Below, one piece after another: positions 11,093 through 24,763 of a stretch of 64,000 nt of DNA. Position 1 is the first letter of the stretch; each line of letters starts with the position of its first letter. The notes under the pieces are model-generated. The model worked only from the letters and a program-made list of their open reading frames with translations. It searched no databases and was not told the origin of the DNA. Position numbers and translations under genes: made by a program. Where the stretch lies: the NCBI GenBank assembly GCA_030324005.1, contig JARDVH010000084.1, forward strand, positions 49,072,552-49,136,551, written 5' to 3'. This stretch comes from Negaprion brevirostris (lineage: Eukaryota).

Positions 11093-12671
11093 TAATAAAG
11101 TGGAAGTTTAGCCAACTCTCGTTGTTCTGTGTCTGTACTTTCCTATCTCCACACCCTATCTAACCAATCAGTTGCAACAATGCAATGAGCAGGAATGAGC
11201 TTTCTTGGGTAGGCCANNNNNNNNNNNNNNNNNNNNNNNNNNNNNNNNNNNNNNNNNNNNNNNNNNNNNNNNNNNNNNNNNNNNNNNNNNNNNGCCATAG
11301 TAGCCACCTCTTAAAATGATGCTGAAAAGTTCACTGAATGCAACTCAGCGACTGATACACCAAAGAAACAATCAAACATTTTATCTGCTGCTATTGGGCA
11401 ACATTAGCTGTAAACCATTGCAAGTATCAGAAAAATGATCTTAATTTTCTAACATTGGTGAAGATTACAACCAAACTATACAATAGCACAGACTAGTGGT
11501 CATTCATAGAAAATATGTCCATTTAACTGTCATAAATCTGTAACCTGGAAACTCAATACATCATATTCGGCTGTTGAGTTTTGGCAGCTCAAAGACTGAA
11601 CAGAGAGAGAGGGAACAAGATAAATCAAGTGGTATTGGTTAGATGAAATCAAGCTTGGGTTTTAAAAACTTTTTGATTGTAGGGGGGGAAGGAAAATAAC
11701 TTAAAGAAGGAATGAGTTAGAGTTTACTGTGCAATGTATTTTTATTTTAATATGGTTAGAATGTGGAGAAGGAGAACCTGAAAAGCAATATTTCTGGAGC
11801 TTTGGAATACAGAAATTCAGATAAATGCTAATATTATAAAAGAAGACAAGAAGGCTGCAATAGAGACAAAGGTTGGAAAGGCGAGAGAGGGCCTACTCAT
11901 TACAAACACACAAAGTACAAAGCACAAACATCAAGGCACTCTCAAATCTCCTAACATTAATACAGCAACTTAGAAATCAGTTCTCCTATCCCACATAATG
12001 GTTGTTTTCTCAATTTTTCTCTGCACTCTTCACATTTAAAGGGGTTTATCACGATGGTGCCTACAAAGCCTTATTGGAACCACTACAAATGCACATGCAG
12101 ATCCTCTCTTAGGTCTACAGTAAAAACCCAGTAGCTTTCCCTGAAAAAGCTGAGGTTTTGTTGTGGCCCCAGTTGGCCGAGCGAGTCTATATTCAATGAA
12201 CTTTGAGGAATGCAAACTTGGAAGATCTCCAGTTTAATTCCAAAGCCTGAACTGTTAGTTGGGGTTCAGCCAGAACAACATTAACAGTGATCCATTGAAG
12301 TCTGGTGCCACTTGTTCAGAAAGGAAGAAGTGACCAGGGCTCCTGTTCCAAATCCCTATTCAGTGATTTTTTTCCACCCATTGGACAGTGCTCACATGGA
12401 TTGTGGATGAAGAAGGTTAGGCTCAATTAACTCAGACAAAAAGATCACAAGAATCACCTCTTTGCCTTTTCCTCCACAAATAGAGAATACTTGCTTTTCT
12501 CTAAACATTAGAATCACTAACTACCAGGATAAACAATTTAGATTTAGAAACTTCTTTCTGATTTTAAGCTCAATCTCTCACTTTTAATGGACTCTTGCAA
12601 CTTACATTCCATTGTCCAAACTCAATTCCTCTCCCTGCTTGAAACATCCTATTCTTCTTTTACTCCTTACT

Positions 12672-12905
12672 GGGTTTCGTTAAGGGGAAGTCGTGTCTGA
12701 CAAATTTATTGGAGTTCTATGAGGGTGTGTCTAGGNNNNNNNNNNNNNNNNNNNNNNNNNNNNNNNNNNNNNNNNNNNNNNNNNNNNNNNNNNNNNNNNN
12801 NNNNNNNNNNNNNNNNNNNNNNNNNNNNNNNNNNNTATTGAATGGCAGGGCAGGCTCGAAGGGCTAGATGGCCTACTCCTGCTCCTATTTCTTATGTTCT
12901 TATGT
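12672..12905 (+). mobile_element. CR1 LINE collapsed across a gap
   Basis: GFVKGKSCLTNLLEFYE before the gap; CR1 3' tail after it. Confidence 0.8.
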
Positions 12906-14442
12906 CCCTGCAACACCACACATCAGCTAGAGCTGGAATGCAGGGCAAAGGACCTCTGTCAGTATATCTTATGCCAGGATACCAGATGTGCTGAGCAAGA
13001 CTGGGCTCTTGGTTCCCTCCAAAGAGAACACAAAAATCAGCAGAACAGGAGAAGTCAAACACATGTTCCACTTTGTATCTCTGGGCTCTACATTTCAGGG
13101 TAGATGGACAAATAGGTTAAAAAAATGCTTGTTTAAACATAGATAAAAAAGTAAACAAAGTTCTCAAGTTCTGCAGCAGCAGGTGCATATACATTATATA
13201 GTAAAGGAATAGGAAAAAAAGGAGGAAAACACAATGCTGAGACATATGCATTCAGGTATTCTGGAACTACGTTCAGTTGAGATGCCTAGAGATTGTAGTA
13301 ATATAAAATCTTGTCAGCTGTCAAAATCACCGTGTATGTATTAACAGCCCAGAAACCAGCTGATTTGATTTTGTCATCTAGTACCCAAGACCACAAGGAG
13401 AACAGTGTCTTTGTTATGCAAAATATATATAGTCTAGACTCACATGGCAATGCTGTATTGATGTTACCATCTTTTGAAGAGAAATTCAAGCCAAAGACTA
13501 TTCTGCTTGCTCCAGTGCACATTTACGATACCATGGCACCATCTGATGAACAAGTGCTGATAGTGTCCTAACCAACATTCCACCCCAACCCAACACCACA
13601 AAGAAATAAACTCGTCATTCATCTCACTGCTGTGTGAGATTTTACTTCATACAAGGTGACTTGCAGTACAGCCAAAATAGCAATGGTCAATCCACTTCAA
13701 AGTTATTATATGTGAAATGCTTTTGAGGTATGCAAGAGTGGGGGGGTCTTACATAATTGAAACATCTCAACTCAAAGACATTAACTACATTAGCAAATTC
13801 TATATATTTACTGCATGGCCATATTTATTACATATTGATATTAAATAGGTTATTAATAACTTATTTTGAAAAGCGTCACCAAATAAATGCTCTCTCCGGT
13901 GTGACACTGGGTCACGTAGACCAAGGAAGTTACAGATTCAATTCCTGATCATGGCTGGGGTGCTACGGATGATTACGGCGGGCAGGAGAAACCATCTTTC
14001 GACTGCTAGGAAGGACAATTGGGAAGGAGGAAAGGGGTTTGGGCTTCCAATTCTTGCCAGTGAACCCAGTGTAAAGTATTTGTGTGTTAAATGTGGAACA
14101 AATACGGGGTTGGGTTTGGATAAGATACCACAGCCAGTTAAGAGGCCTGTTGACATTTAATGTTCAGAGTCACACTTGAAAGACATCAGGAGGTGGGTAG
14201 CACCTGTGGAACCACATCCCAGAATAAGTTGACAACTTCAAAGAAGGAACAGAAGATAAATCAGGTGAAAAGAAAAAGTGTAACAATAAGCTGCTTTGAG
14301 GAACCTCTGTACACAGAAACTTTGACTCTACTGGTACACTTAAAAGCATCCCATTTACTGTATAGATTTTTTTAATGCATCCTTTCTCGCAGAGTTACAA
14401 AGCCAGCGTGCAGAGTGGACAGGGCAAACCGTCAATCCATTT

Positions 14443-14541
14443 CCTTGCTTGCTCCAAAAACCAAAGCTTTTAAAAAGAAAGACAAGTAGAAAAGATGGCA
14501 CAAATGTATGGAGCCCACTAACAGCTGTATCACTTCCACTC
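14443..14541 (+). repeat. 99-bp direct repeat, copy 1 (copy 2 at 15667-15765)
   Basis: ccttgcttgctccaaaaacc...cacttccactc is present twice with 3 mismatches. Confidence 0.9.
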
Positions 14542-14935
14542 GGACCCCAAGATTCTTCTGCTCTTCAACATTGCTAAGACTCCTACCCTTGATATTGCAC
14601 TCCTGCATCCTGTTGGTCCTGCCAAAATGGACCACTACACATTTATCCGCATTGAAGTCCATCTGCCACTTCTCCGCCCAGTCTTGCATCCGATCTATGT
14701 CACGCTGCAACTTCTGACATTCCTCCAGACTGTCCACAACACCACCAACCTTTGTGTCGTCGGCGAACTTACCAACCCATCCCTCCACTTCCTCATCCAG
14801 GTCATTTATGAAAATGACATCAGCAAGGGTCCAAGAACAGATCCCTGGGGCTCTCCACTGGTGACCGACGTCCATGCAGGAAAAGACCCATCCATAACCA
14901 CTCTCTGCCTTCTGCAGGCAAGCCAGTTGATACCC
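14542..14935 (-). mobile_element. CR1 LINE RT-domain fragment
   Basis: IFINDLDEEVEGWVGKFADDTKVGG...LQRDIDRMQDWAEKWQMDFNADKC. Confidence 0.9.
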
Positions 14936-15124
14936 AATACTTTCCTTCATTCCAGGTTCCATTAACTCCTCTCCTTCAGGGACTGTTGGCCACCTCTCAA
15001 ACCTGGTGCTGCTGGTACTACTGAACAGCCAACCATCTGATTGGCTGGCAGCCCTCGTAGGCAGGACTTCCTCCCCAGGTTGGGGTGCAAGTTTCACTCT
15101 TCATCAACTAACGCTGCACTGACC

Positions 15125-15315
15125 AAGACATTTGAGGCCAAAATGTTGTGTGATTTCAGGAAGAAATTAGATATAGCTCTTGGGGCTAAAGGGATCAAGG
15201 GATATGGGGGGGAGGCAGGACCAGGGTATTGAATATGATGATCAATCATGATCATAATGAATGACGGAGGAAGTGCAAAGGGCCGAATGGCTTACTCCTG
15301 TTTCTAGTTTCTACG
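15125..15315 (+). mobile_element. CR1 LINE 3' end
   Basis: EAKMLCDFRKKLDIALGAKGIKGYG plus tail; same subfamily as 55670-56155. Confidence 0.8.
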
Positions 15316-16777
15316 AATATTAAATGACCATGGGGCAGTTGGTGTTGGTGGGGGTGTGTTCCGAGTCAACTCTTTAGATGGCAGGACAGGAAACCCCACT
15401 GTTCAAAACATCCTGCCCTTGGGAGTCATTCACAGCCTCTCTTCTCAAAAGCAGATCACACGACCTGCCCCTACTCCTGTCCTCCTAGCACCAGCCTGTT
15501 TACCAATCTCTTCAACAGCTCCTGATGCCAGGGAAACGGTTGCATTTTTTTTGTCATAGGCGGGCANNNNNNNNNNNNNNNNNNNNNNNNNNNNNNNNNN
15601 NNNNNNNNNNNNNNNNNNNNNNNNNNNNNNNNNNNNNNNNNNNNNNNNNNNNNNNNNNNNNNNNNNCCTTGCTTGCTCCAAAAACCAAAGCTTTTAAAAA
15701 GAGAGACAAGTAGAAAAGATGGCACAAATATGTGGAGCCCACTAACAGCTGTATCACTTCCACTCAGGCAGTGTGTGGTTGTGGTTTTGGCTTTCTTCAA
15801 GCAGACAAAAAACACCACTCAAACAAGATTTTCTTTTAAATTTGCATGTGGAAAATGGTTCCAATTTATTCCGTTTCAGAAAATATTTGAAAATTTTTCT
15901 TTTGCTCCAACAATTGTGCCTGTTGCTGGAGATTTGAACAGGTGAATGTTGCTGAAACCTGTTTGGACCAGAACAAGCGCGTCACTCAGGCTAACAGTCA
16001 CAATCTTTTTCCACTTGTAACTTTGATTGAAGTAAAGATGTTTGCAGTGCACCAAACACCAAAGCCAAAAGCCTGGTGTGAATCTTTAATATGTACTGCC
16101 ACGTTAGTGGCAACAAGACTATGGTGTTTATAATGCAAATGCACCACCAATTTCAAGGGTTAAGTTTGGGGCAGATTGGTTCTATAAATGGGCTATCTGT
16201 GGATGGTTGTGATATCAATATCAAGAACGTAATATTCGATACCTCTGTTCAGGACAGGAAATAGAAACAGCAGAGACAGTTGTCAATGTCACAACTGGAG
16301 GGGACATAACTTCACAGCAAACGCACCACACCCCAGGCTGACAGAACAACTTCTCTTCTAAATGGCACATATAGAATATCTGTCCTGAATTTGATGAGGA
16401 CACAGGGAAAGGTTAGAAGGTTAGCGCTTAATGCATTCTACAAACAAACCGAACAAGATATCCACTTTATAGCTCATGTAATTTACACTTATCAGCATAT
16501 TTTTTTAAACAGCAATTGGAGATGACCAACACGTCACACTCAATTTGTTGGGTGCTTACACTAATGAGTTCTCAAGTTCGTCCTTGCCTACTTCTAAATA
16601 AGTCAGCCGCTGCAGACTTCTGAACTGATGCTGAGCTAATATTATCAGTGAAATGTTAGGAAGATTTCCCGATGAACTTGATGCTGGGTGAAGAAGCTGG
16701 GCTCTGTGTCTGAGTTGAATGACTGGACTGCTCAATTATTAAGATACATTGCTCTCAGTGTTTCAGCCAACTTGGTG

Positions 16778-17068
16778 TTAGACCATAAGACATAGGAGCA
16801 AAATTAGGCCACTCGGCCCATCGAATCTGGTCCACTATTCAGTCATGGCTGATATTTTTCTCATCCCCATTCACCTGCCTTTTCCCCCTAACCCCTCATC
16901 CCCTTATTAATCAAAAACCTATCTCTGTCTTAAAGACACTCAATNNNNNNNNNNNNNNNNNNNNNNNNNNNNNNNNNNNNNNNNNNNNNNNTGGCTGAAG
17001 AAATTCCTCCTCATCTCTGTTTTAAAGGATCGTCCCTTTAGTCTGAGGTTGTGCCCTCTGGTTCTAGT
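16778..17068 (-). mobile_element. CR1 LINE 3' end
   Basis: TRGHNLRLKGRSFKTEMRRNFFS and a tail ending in agaccataagacatagg. Confidence 0.85.
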
Positions 17069-17224
17069 GTTGCAATACCTGTCTGCCACACAAACACAGA
17101 CATCATGGAGGAAGCATGCGTGTATTTCCAATTGTTTAGTGGCTGCCACAACCCAAAGTTTAATAAAATATACAGATATTCATGAGTAAACAGGCATAGC
17201 CTGAGGCTCATTTTTCAAACCTAC

Positions 17225-17360
17225 CTCAAACAAGCCTCTATCGACAGGGAAAAGCCTTTGGAGCACCTGCATGGATTGCTGGAGACTGGTGAGGAAGGGC
17301 AGCCAGCAACAGGCAAATGTAATCAGCACAGTGAGAGCAATTTTGATCAACTGTTTCATC
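17225..17360 (-). CDS. ALG6: ALG6 coding exon 8 (MKQLIKIALTVLITFACCWLPFLTSLQQSMQVLQRLFPVDRGLFE)
   Basis: 136 nt, ag/gtaggt boundaries, RLFPVDRGLFE motif. Confidence 0.96.
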
Positions 17361-17699
17361 CTGTAACAAAAGAAGATTTAAGCTCCTGAAAAGCATGACT
17401 CAATTCCCCGTCCTCCATCCATAGTGTAAAGAAAAGAGAGAATGAAAAGAGCGCTACCTAGTACCACATTTTCTCTCCACCTAACGGTGTGCAGGGATTG
17501 TTTCACAATGCACTTCCAGAATTCTCAACTGGGCAGCTGCAGTGCAAGATTGAGCGTCAGTGTGTTTTTCCGCTATGGAGGCTATTACACTCTCATCAAT
17601 TAATATGTATATGTGGATTTTCCAGCATTATGCATAAAGCAGTAATCACAAAAAAGAACTTGGGCTAATTTTTCCCCTCAATATCTTAAAAAACATCAG

Positions 17700-17963
17700 A
17701 TGGAATGGTCAGCGCTGCTGCTTCACAGCACCAGGGGCTCAGGTTCGATTTCCAGCTTGGGTCATTGTCTGTGGAGAATCTGCACCTTCGCCCTATGTCT
17801 GCATGGGTTTCCTCCCATACACGTGCTAGTTAGGAGCATTGACCGTGCTAAAATTCTCCCTCAGTGTACCCGAACAGGTGCCAGAGTCTGGCGAATAGGA
17901 GATTTTCACAGGAACTTCATTAGAGTGTGAATGTAAGCCTATTTGTGACACTAATAAATAAAC
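17700..17963 (+). mobile_element. V-SINE, tail type A
   Basis: Same head, core and tail as 10797-11092. Confidence 0.8.
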
Positions 17964-19842
17964 TTAAAAATAATTTTCCTGATTGAGATCAATTAATTTA
18001 GCACAGATTAGTAATTGTCTCCCGTGTCCACCCTCCCCCACCACCCTCTTCCCATCAGCCCCCCAGTCGGCATGGTTTCATCCAACAATGGAAGCTAGCT
18101 TAGCTATTTGAGTAATGAGGGGTTGAGGGGAGTCAACGTGTTTTCATCAGACAGATTTCAACATTTCAATCTTTCAGGGCAGCATGGCTTCCCACTTCTA
18201 CAAATTCATTGCAGCAACTTGCCAAGGCTCCTTTGATAACACCTTTCAAACCCAAGACTTCTACCACCTAAATGCTCACATGCAGCACATGCTAGCTCTC
18301 TTCTAAGTCTGACTGACTCAGAACTACAGTCATTCCTTTAGCGTTGTTGGGTCAGAATCCTAAACTCCCTCCCTAACAGCACATGGACTGCAGTTGTTTG
18401 AGCAGGTGGTGATGGGAAGAGATTTAAATGCTGGCCTTGCCACTGACACCCACATCCCAAAACTAAAGGGAAAAAAATCTGACAGCTTCCACAATGTATG
18501 TGTTATCAAAAACAGCAACACAATGGGAGGGATAGAAATACAACCTTGGGTTCCAAAATACATCATGGTGTTCCATGGTATAATATCCATATAGGAATGT
18601 CTGAAAGGATCTGCAATTTCTCCTTCATCCTCTCCCAGGTTATATTCCAACACTCTTTGTACAGCTATGAACTGTTATTATCACACTATGGCGGTAGTAA
18701 GTCACAACGTCTGTGATCTCTGCCTGTTGGCAATCTCATCTTTTGATACTCCTCCAGTACTTGGCCTTGCTAAGTGAGCACTGAATTAATAAGAGTGAGG
18801 AATTCTACTCTATGTCAACTTAAAAAGATGGCTAAAAACTAAAACATTAGTCAGCAAGTAGCTAAGGTGGAACACAGAATGCTAGGTTTATTGTACCAAT
18901 GATCATTCAACTGATGCAATTAACTTACCACAAATATTCCTCAGTCAATGGTAACATTCTCACCTGAATGAAAAGGTTTGAATCAAAACCATTTAGGACT
19001 TCTGTACAAATTCTAGACATTCCAGTGAATTACTGGGAGCATGCTGTTTTGAAGGAGATGCTTTCTTTTACATGGCAGATTGCACTGAAGGCCCAGCTGC
19101 CTGCTCAGGAACTACTGAAGAACAGGACTGCTCTCCAAGTGTCCCAGCCAACCTTAATCAACAAAACAGTACAAGTACTTACCTTGTGAGATATATTTGT
19201 GCACAAACTGGCTGCCCACATTACAACATCTCAACTTAGTTATTTTCTTACAAAATGTAAAATAATCCACCTCTAATTTTCTCCACACCCTTGTTCAGTG
19301 CTCTGTCTCACAACAGGAAATGGTCCTACAAACAGTGACAGCTCTCCAGTATCTTCTACACGCAGTCATTTTCTCCCCCTCTCTCTCTTGTTGATAGCTG
19401 TACAATGTCCAAGAAGGGCACTAACGACCACGCATTTCAATGTGATGGTCCACGGTTATTCTTGACAAGGTATTGCAGTGATTTGCTGTTGCCTTCTTCA
19501 GCTTCTGCCTGATCAGAAAACTCTCCCATCTTACCACCTGCAATAGGTACAATGAAAGGATTTGCAGGTTGATAATCAACCTGTTTGGCCTAATTATGAG
19601 CACATCTTCCATGGGACACGAACCCCCAGTTTCTAGCAGGGATGCTATAACTGCCCCACAAGAGCCCTGACAGCCATTCTACAGGGCAGATTCTTCAGAC
19701 TGAAGCTTTGGTAGGCTACTCAACTTTGGAAGTCATATTAGCAAATCCAATTCTGTCTTTGTAACAGTTCACACATGCTTCTCCTAGCACAGGTAAGAGG
19801 TAATAGATAACAATGTAAAATTGAATCCTTCCTGTGCAGAAG

Positions 19843-19995
19843 GAGACCTTTCAACCCATCAAGTCTGCACCAGCTCTTATCTAGCCTGACCCCATATCTC
19901 ACATATTTACCCTGCTAATCCCCCTAATTTATATACCTTGGGACACTAAGTAACAATTTAGCATGGTCAATCTACCTACCTGCACATCTTTGGCC
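19843..19995 (-). mobile_element. V-SINE 3' half, tail type B
   Basis: Reverse complement of the tail seen at 30730-30870 and 50040-50184. Confidence 0.65.
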
Positions 19996-20452
19996 TTTAG
20001 AAAGCTGAATTTATTCATCCCTCCCTACCCCAGGTGAGATGGTTATCACATTCCTGTTGCTGCTCCAGCTGAGGTAACAGGACACGGAGCCGGGACTGAT
20101 CCTGATCTTTAGACTCTGGTGTACACAGAGTACTATACTCACTATTCAGAATACTGGGCTTTGTATAACTCCAATGCGACAGCATAAAATCATCCAACGG
20201 CTATCTACAAAAGGTATACTTAGCAAGAAGAAATAGTGGAGGAAAAATATAGAATTTTAAGTCGAATGTTAAGAAGAAGTTCCCTTCTTAATTAAACTGA
20301 TAGGCTCAAACATAGCTTGCATGTTTATTTTAAGCTGTTTACAGGGCAGTGCAAACCAGAACAATTCTCAAGTCTTAAAAATAGACCTCACTTGATCCAC
20401 TTGACATGACAAGGACCATGAGTCTATTTAATTCATTGTTTCAGTTACTCAC

Positions 20453-20638
20453 CCTTCACCTTTCAAGTCTCTCTTTAAACAGTTCCCAAGGAGATAGCAG
20501 AAGAAAGGCAGTGCGTGGTAAAGTTCCATTTGCTTATAGTTAAGAGCCAGGCAAAACGCCACTGAGCCAAAGAGGACTCGATCAAACAGTAGGCCCAGCA
20601 ACCCCCACACAGCAAGGCCCAAGCTGACAGAGTTATAT
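20453..20638 (-). CDS. ALG6: ALG6 coding exon 7 ([12 protein letters not shown]...[22 protein letters not shown]...)
   Basis: 186 nt, [14 protein letters not shown] motif. Preceded by an AC acceptor and followed by gtgagt. Confidence 0.96.
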
Positions 20639-21611
20639 GTGTTTTCATGTTAAGGATAGCTCACAAATATTCACTCAGACAGCATACATAGACAAACCAG
20701 TACTCTCACTGTCTTTTTTATTGCCTTATGCCAATACTAAGGAATAAGGAAAAAGCCACTTATGCATATTCTTTAAAAGAAAAAAGTATTTTAAAATTTT
20801 CAGAATTTATTACATGAATGGAATTAGATAAAGTGATTTTATCCTTTTCGAATTCAGTTTGACTACCAACGCACAAAATTTCCATTTGCCAATGATCGAG
20901 AGGCAGATATTTTATTTGCAGGTGTATTACTTTGCTCCCCGTCACCTCTTTAAGATGCTGGCTCATGCTGAGGTGCTGGACTTCCTGCTGTCTCCAAGGG
21001 AAAATACCAGATTATTTAAACATGGGCAGTATTGCACCCATGCACAGTTCTGTCCTTATTCAATGTTTACACACATTTTCCAGTAGGGGTCAATGAGGAG
21101 TATTCTGTAGCACAAACTGCTGAATGATTTTTCTTCCCCTTGTCTTGGGGTTATGGAAGTTATCGTGGCTGAAACCAAGTTAACTCAATAAAGGCCTGCC
21201 AGTGAACCTAGGATCATCTGGCTCCATAGAATCCTTTCAGTGCAGCAGACTACTTGGCTCATTGACTCTCTGAAAGAATATCTAAACTAGACCCCCACCA
21301 AACCCCCAAACCCCATGCATTTACCATAATCTATTTAACCTATACATCTTTTGGACACTGAGTGGTAATTTAGCACGGCTAATCCACCTAAACTATACAT
21401 CTTTGGACTCTGGGAGGAAACCGGAGCACCCAAAGGAAACCCACGGGGAGAAACTCCACACTATCACCCAAGGCCAGAATCAAACCCAGGTCCCTGGAGC
21501 TGTGAGGCAGCACTGCTAACCAGTGTGCCACATCATAGTGCAGTCGCTCACTGAACCATTGGGAGAGCTAAATGCATTGTTTTAACAGTTTCTTTAACAT
21601 TCAAAGGATAT
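20639..21611 (-). other. ALG6: U12-type (minor spliceosome) AT-AC intron of ALG6
   Basis: 5' site ATATCCTTT starting at 21611, branch point TCCTTAAC at 20656-20649, terminal AC at 20640-20639. Joining CA|A restores GHFQYN. Confidence 0.95.
21226..21531 (-). mobile_element. V-SINE, tail type B, inside the U12 intron
   Basis: Reverse complement of the head gtggcacactggttagcagtgctgcctcacag and the core ggtttcctttgggtgctccggtttcctccca. Confidence 0.8.
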
Positions 21612-21676
21612 TGAAAATGGCCATGGTCGATAAGAATGAGTCCAGGGTACAGCAGTACACACAGCACAGATGACAC
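21612..21676 (-). CDS. ALG6: ALG6 coding exon 6 ([22 protein letters not shown])
   Basis: 65 nt, [14 protein letters not shown] motif, tttacag acceptor, AT donor. Confidence 0.96.
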
Positions 21677-24600
21677 CTGTAAAGAGTAAAAGCAGTTGTG
21701 CATTTTCAATGCAGTTACACTGAATCATGTCTCCCAATAAGCAATGAATTATTTCCCCCAAGTCAATTTTCTCCCTTTTCTTCTGAAAATGTTAAAACTC
21801 ATGCTGGGATCAGAAATGACTTGGATACTCTACAACAGCTCACCCAAGTAAGGTACCGTTTATTCAGCTTGTGGGCATTGCAATTGAGGCCAAACCATCC
21901 TTACCAAAAAACTACTTTTCCACTGATCAGGAGTGAGAACTCTGCTGATTTCTGTTCCACGCCAAAACTCAGATGCAGAAGTCAAATGAAATTATCAACC
22001 AAAATTGGCCTTCCCAAAATGCTTTTGTCTATGCCCACGTACTTTCATTTGTCTATTTTTTCCTGAAAGTGTTGATTTGTACTATTCTTATTGAGGCTTT
22101 GAATAACACTACAAAGTGCCCATTCTTCCCATATCATGTTAGATGGTGGCCCCATTATTGGATCACAGAAAGTATCACAACCCTGTCCAGTCCTATCCCC
22201 ACCAGATAACAGGGGCATACACAGTCCAGCAGTGATTCCCTTCCAGGGAATCACTGGAACAAGAGTACACTATTTAGCCCCTCAAACTTGTTCTACCATT
22301 CAATCCTATCCTGATATAATTTCATCTCAACTTAATCTACCTGCTTTTTTTAATTCCCAAATTCCTCAAACCCATACCTAATAAAAAATACATTGATTTC
22401 AGTCTTGTCAGCTTCACTTGACTGAGTATTTACTGCATTTTGGATTTTTCACTTTTCAGGAATCCACTACCATGTCAAAAAATGTTTTCCAATGTTACTT
22501 CCAACTGGCCTAGCACTAATTTTAATATTGGAACACTGGCTTTTTTTTAATCTTTTCACCTTCACTGTGCAGGATCACTGAGGTAAACTGGAGCTTTGAA
22601 CTGCCACTATATAATGATTCATGCTCACAGACTTCATCAGGAAAACATATTTATTAATAAGGGAAGTCCTCTTCTGCCTGCTGCCCTTGAGCAGTCCACC
22701 AGCTGCCCCAATCCCTGCATGTCTTCTAGAGGCCTTTTGTGTAAGATTTTGTGTGGCCTTTTGTCCACTCCTTGGTGTGGTTATCTACTCTCAGTGCCAG
22801 TTGGTCCGTCAAGCCAGGTGACCCTCTTCTGCTGTGTTGCCCTTAAAAGGAACTATCACCAAATGCTAGTTCCTCAATTCAGGCAAAAGATTGAACCTAG
22901 GATCATTTTTGGTCTTTATGGTTCTCTATCAAATTGCATGGTGCACTGAACCAACTGGACTGGAAAGTAAAAACATTTAATTGCATTAATAGTTAGCTTT
23001 CCTGTGCTGACGAAATACAACTGGTCAAGCAAAGGCTGCCAGATGAAAGCATATGGAATACATTTCATCGTATAGACTGCAGTTGATCATACACAGTCCA
23101 TAAAAATACAATAGCATTGCATGTGCTGATCACCCAATATAACATTTAAGCATATTCACTGTAAAGATCCAGATATCATTTCTGGTCTGTACAGATATGA
23201 GATTTCAACAGGGTTAGTTTAGCAATCAGAGCAGCTGCATAAAAATATTTAATGATTGTTGGAAAGTGAACAAGAGTTGACATGAGACCATGGCAGCCTC
23301 AGGCTTAATCGCAATGCCCTCCAAGGTCAAGTATATTGCTTGTCTCGATTTGCAAAAGATGAATAGTCACTTGCTGGAGGCATCACGGCTCATTATGAAT
23401 GAGTGTCTTCAGGTGAAGGTGGGAAATTGAAAAGATGCAGCAGAGATGGAAAAGAAACATTTGCGTTCATTTTTTAAAGCCAGTTACTAAGGAATTGTAT
23501 CCCGATGACACCAATGCGCTGCACTCCAGTGTGATTTTAGTCACGTAGCGGAGGTGCTAATTTAGGAACATTACTCACTGCGCGAAAGTAAGAGCATGGG
23601 GCAGTTAATGCGCAATTGCAGCTGTTACCTTTATATGAATTACACTGATAATTATATGGGACAAACAGTGAATAAATGTCATTNNNNNNNNNNNNNNNNN
23701 NNNNNNNNNNNNNNNNNNNNNNNNNNNNNNNNNNNNNNNNNNNCCTGCATGCTTCTTGGGAAACAATTTCAAAAATTGTCTACCAGCCAAACATATCTGG
23801 TTTCGTGGCATATGCATTTTGCGCTATCTTGAAGCACCCATCATAGATCAAGGAAGCCTTCACCTTGACTTTTATCAGTATTTCAAGTATGTTAATGATT
23901 TGGTTTTGTTGTTTCAGTATACAAAAATATCAGTAAATCTAATGATGGTTCCATAATGTGACAGAATTTAAAACCTCGGAGCAGTTTCAAGTAACACTAT
24001 CCTCAAGTCATGCAAGCCACTGCTGCACGATCGCATGGACTTCACTTATTCCGCAGCTATGTTCCAGACAGTTTCACTGAAACCGAAATTTAACCCTAAG
24101 CCTTTGGTCACCTTCACTAAAATGTCAAACCATATTAATCTAATCCGCCACTTGATCAAAGGAAGCAGAAGTTCCGTTCATCACTCCCTAAAGCGTTATT
24201 CTTCATCAATTCCTTCCTGCCCGACCAAAAAAATTCCTCTCTTGAAAGCATGAAGACTTGCTACATTGTGCATCCAGAAGTGTCCCTGGATATGGCACAC
24301 ATAGATTTTCTTCACAAAAGCCTGTACGCTAATATCAGAAGGCTGTTTTTCCTCAGAGGGAGGTGACTCACCATAGTTTATCCAAAACATGTCTGCAAAT
24401 GCAGAAAGGTCTACACATATTCACACAGGTAGGTAATGATCAGGAACGGGAATGGAAACTGATTTCCACCACTGCTCCCACTCCTTGCCTAGCACAGGGG
24501 GCTGAGACCAAACATCTGATTCTGAGATTTATCAACTCAATTCAAACCAGGCCTTGGGAATCTGAAACTGCTTTGCTTATATACCAGGCAATGAACTTCA

Positions 24601-24763
24601 TTACATTATTAATTTTTCTCGTGTTAACCAATGAAGGTTTAGGTGCTAAGGATCAAGCACTGAGGTTACTAAAGCAGAATAATCAGAGACAGATGCATGA
24701 AATGTTCATTTCAGCTACAAGAATTAACAGCCAACTTTCATTTATGTAGCACCTTACATTAAA

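Noticed and set aside
14432-15097. 221-aa ORF as a gene
   Set aside because: Chance read-through joining a CR1 RT fragment to unrelated flanks.
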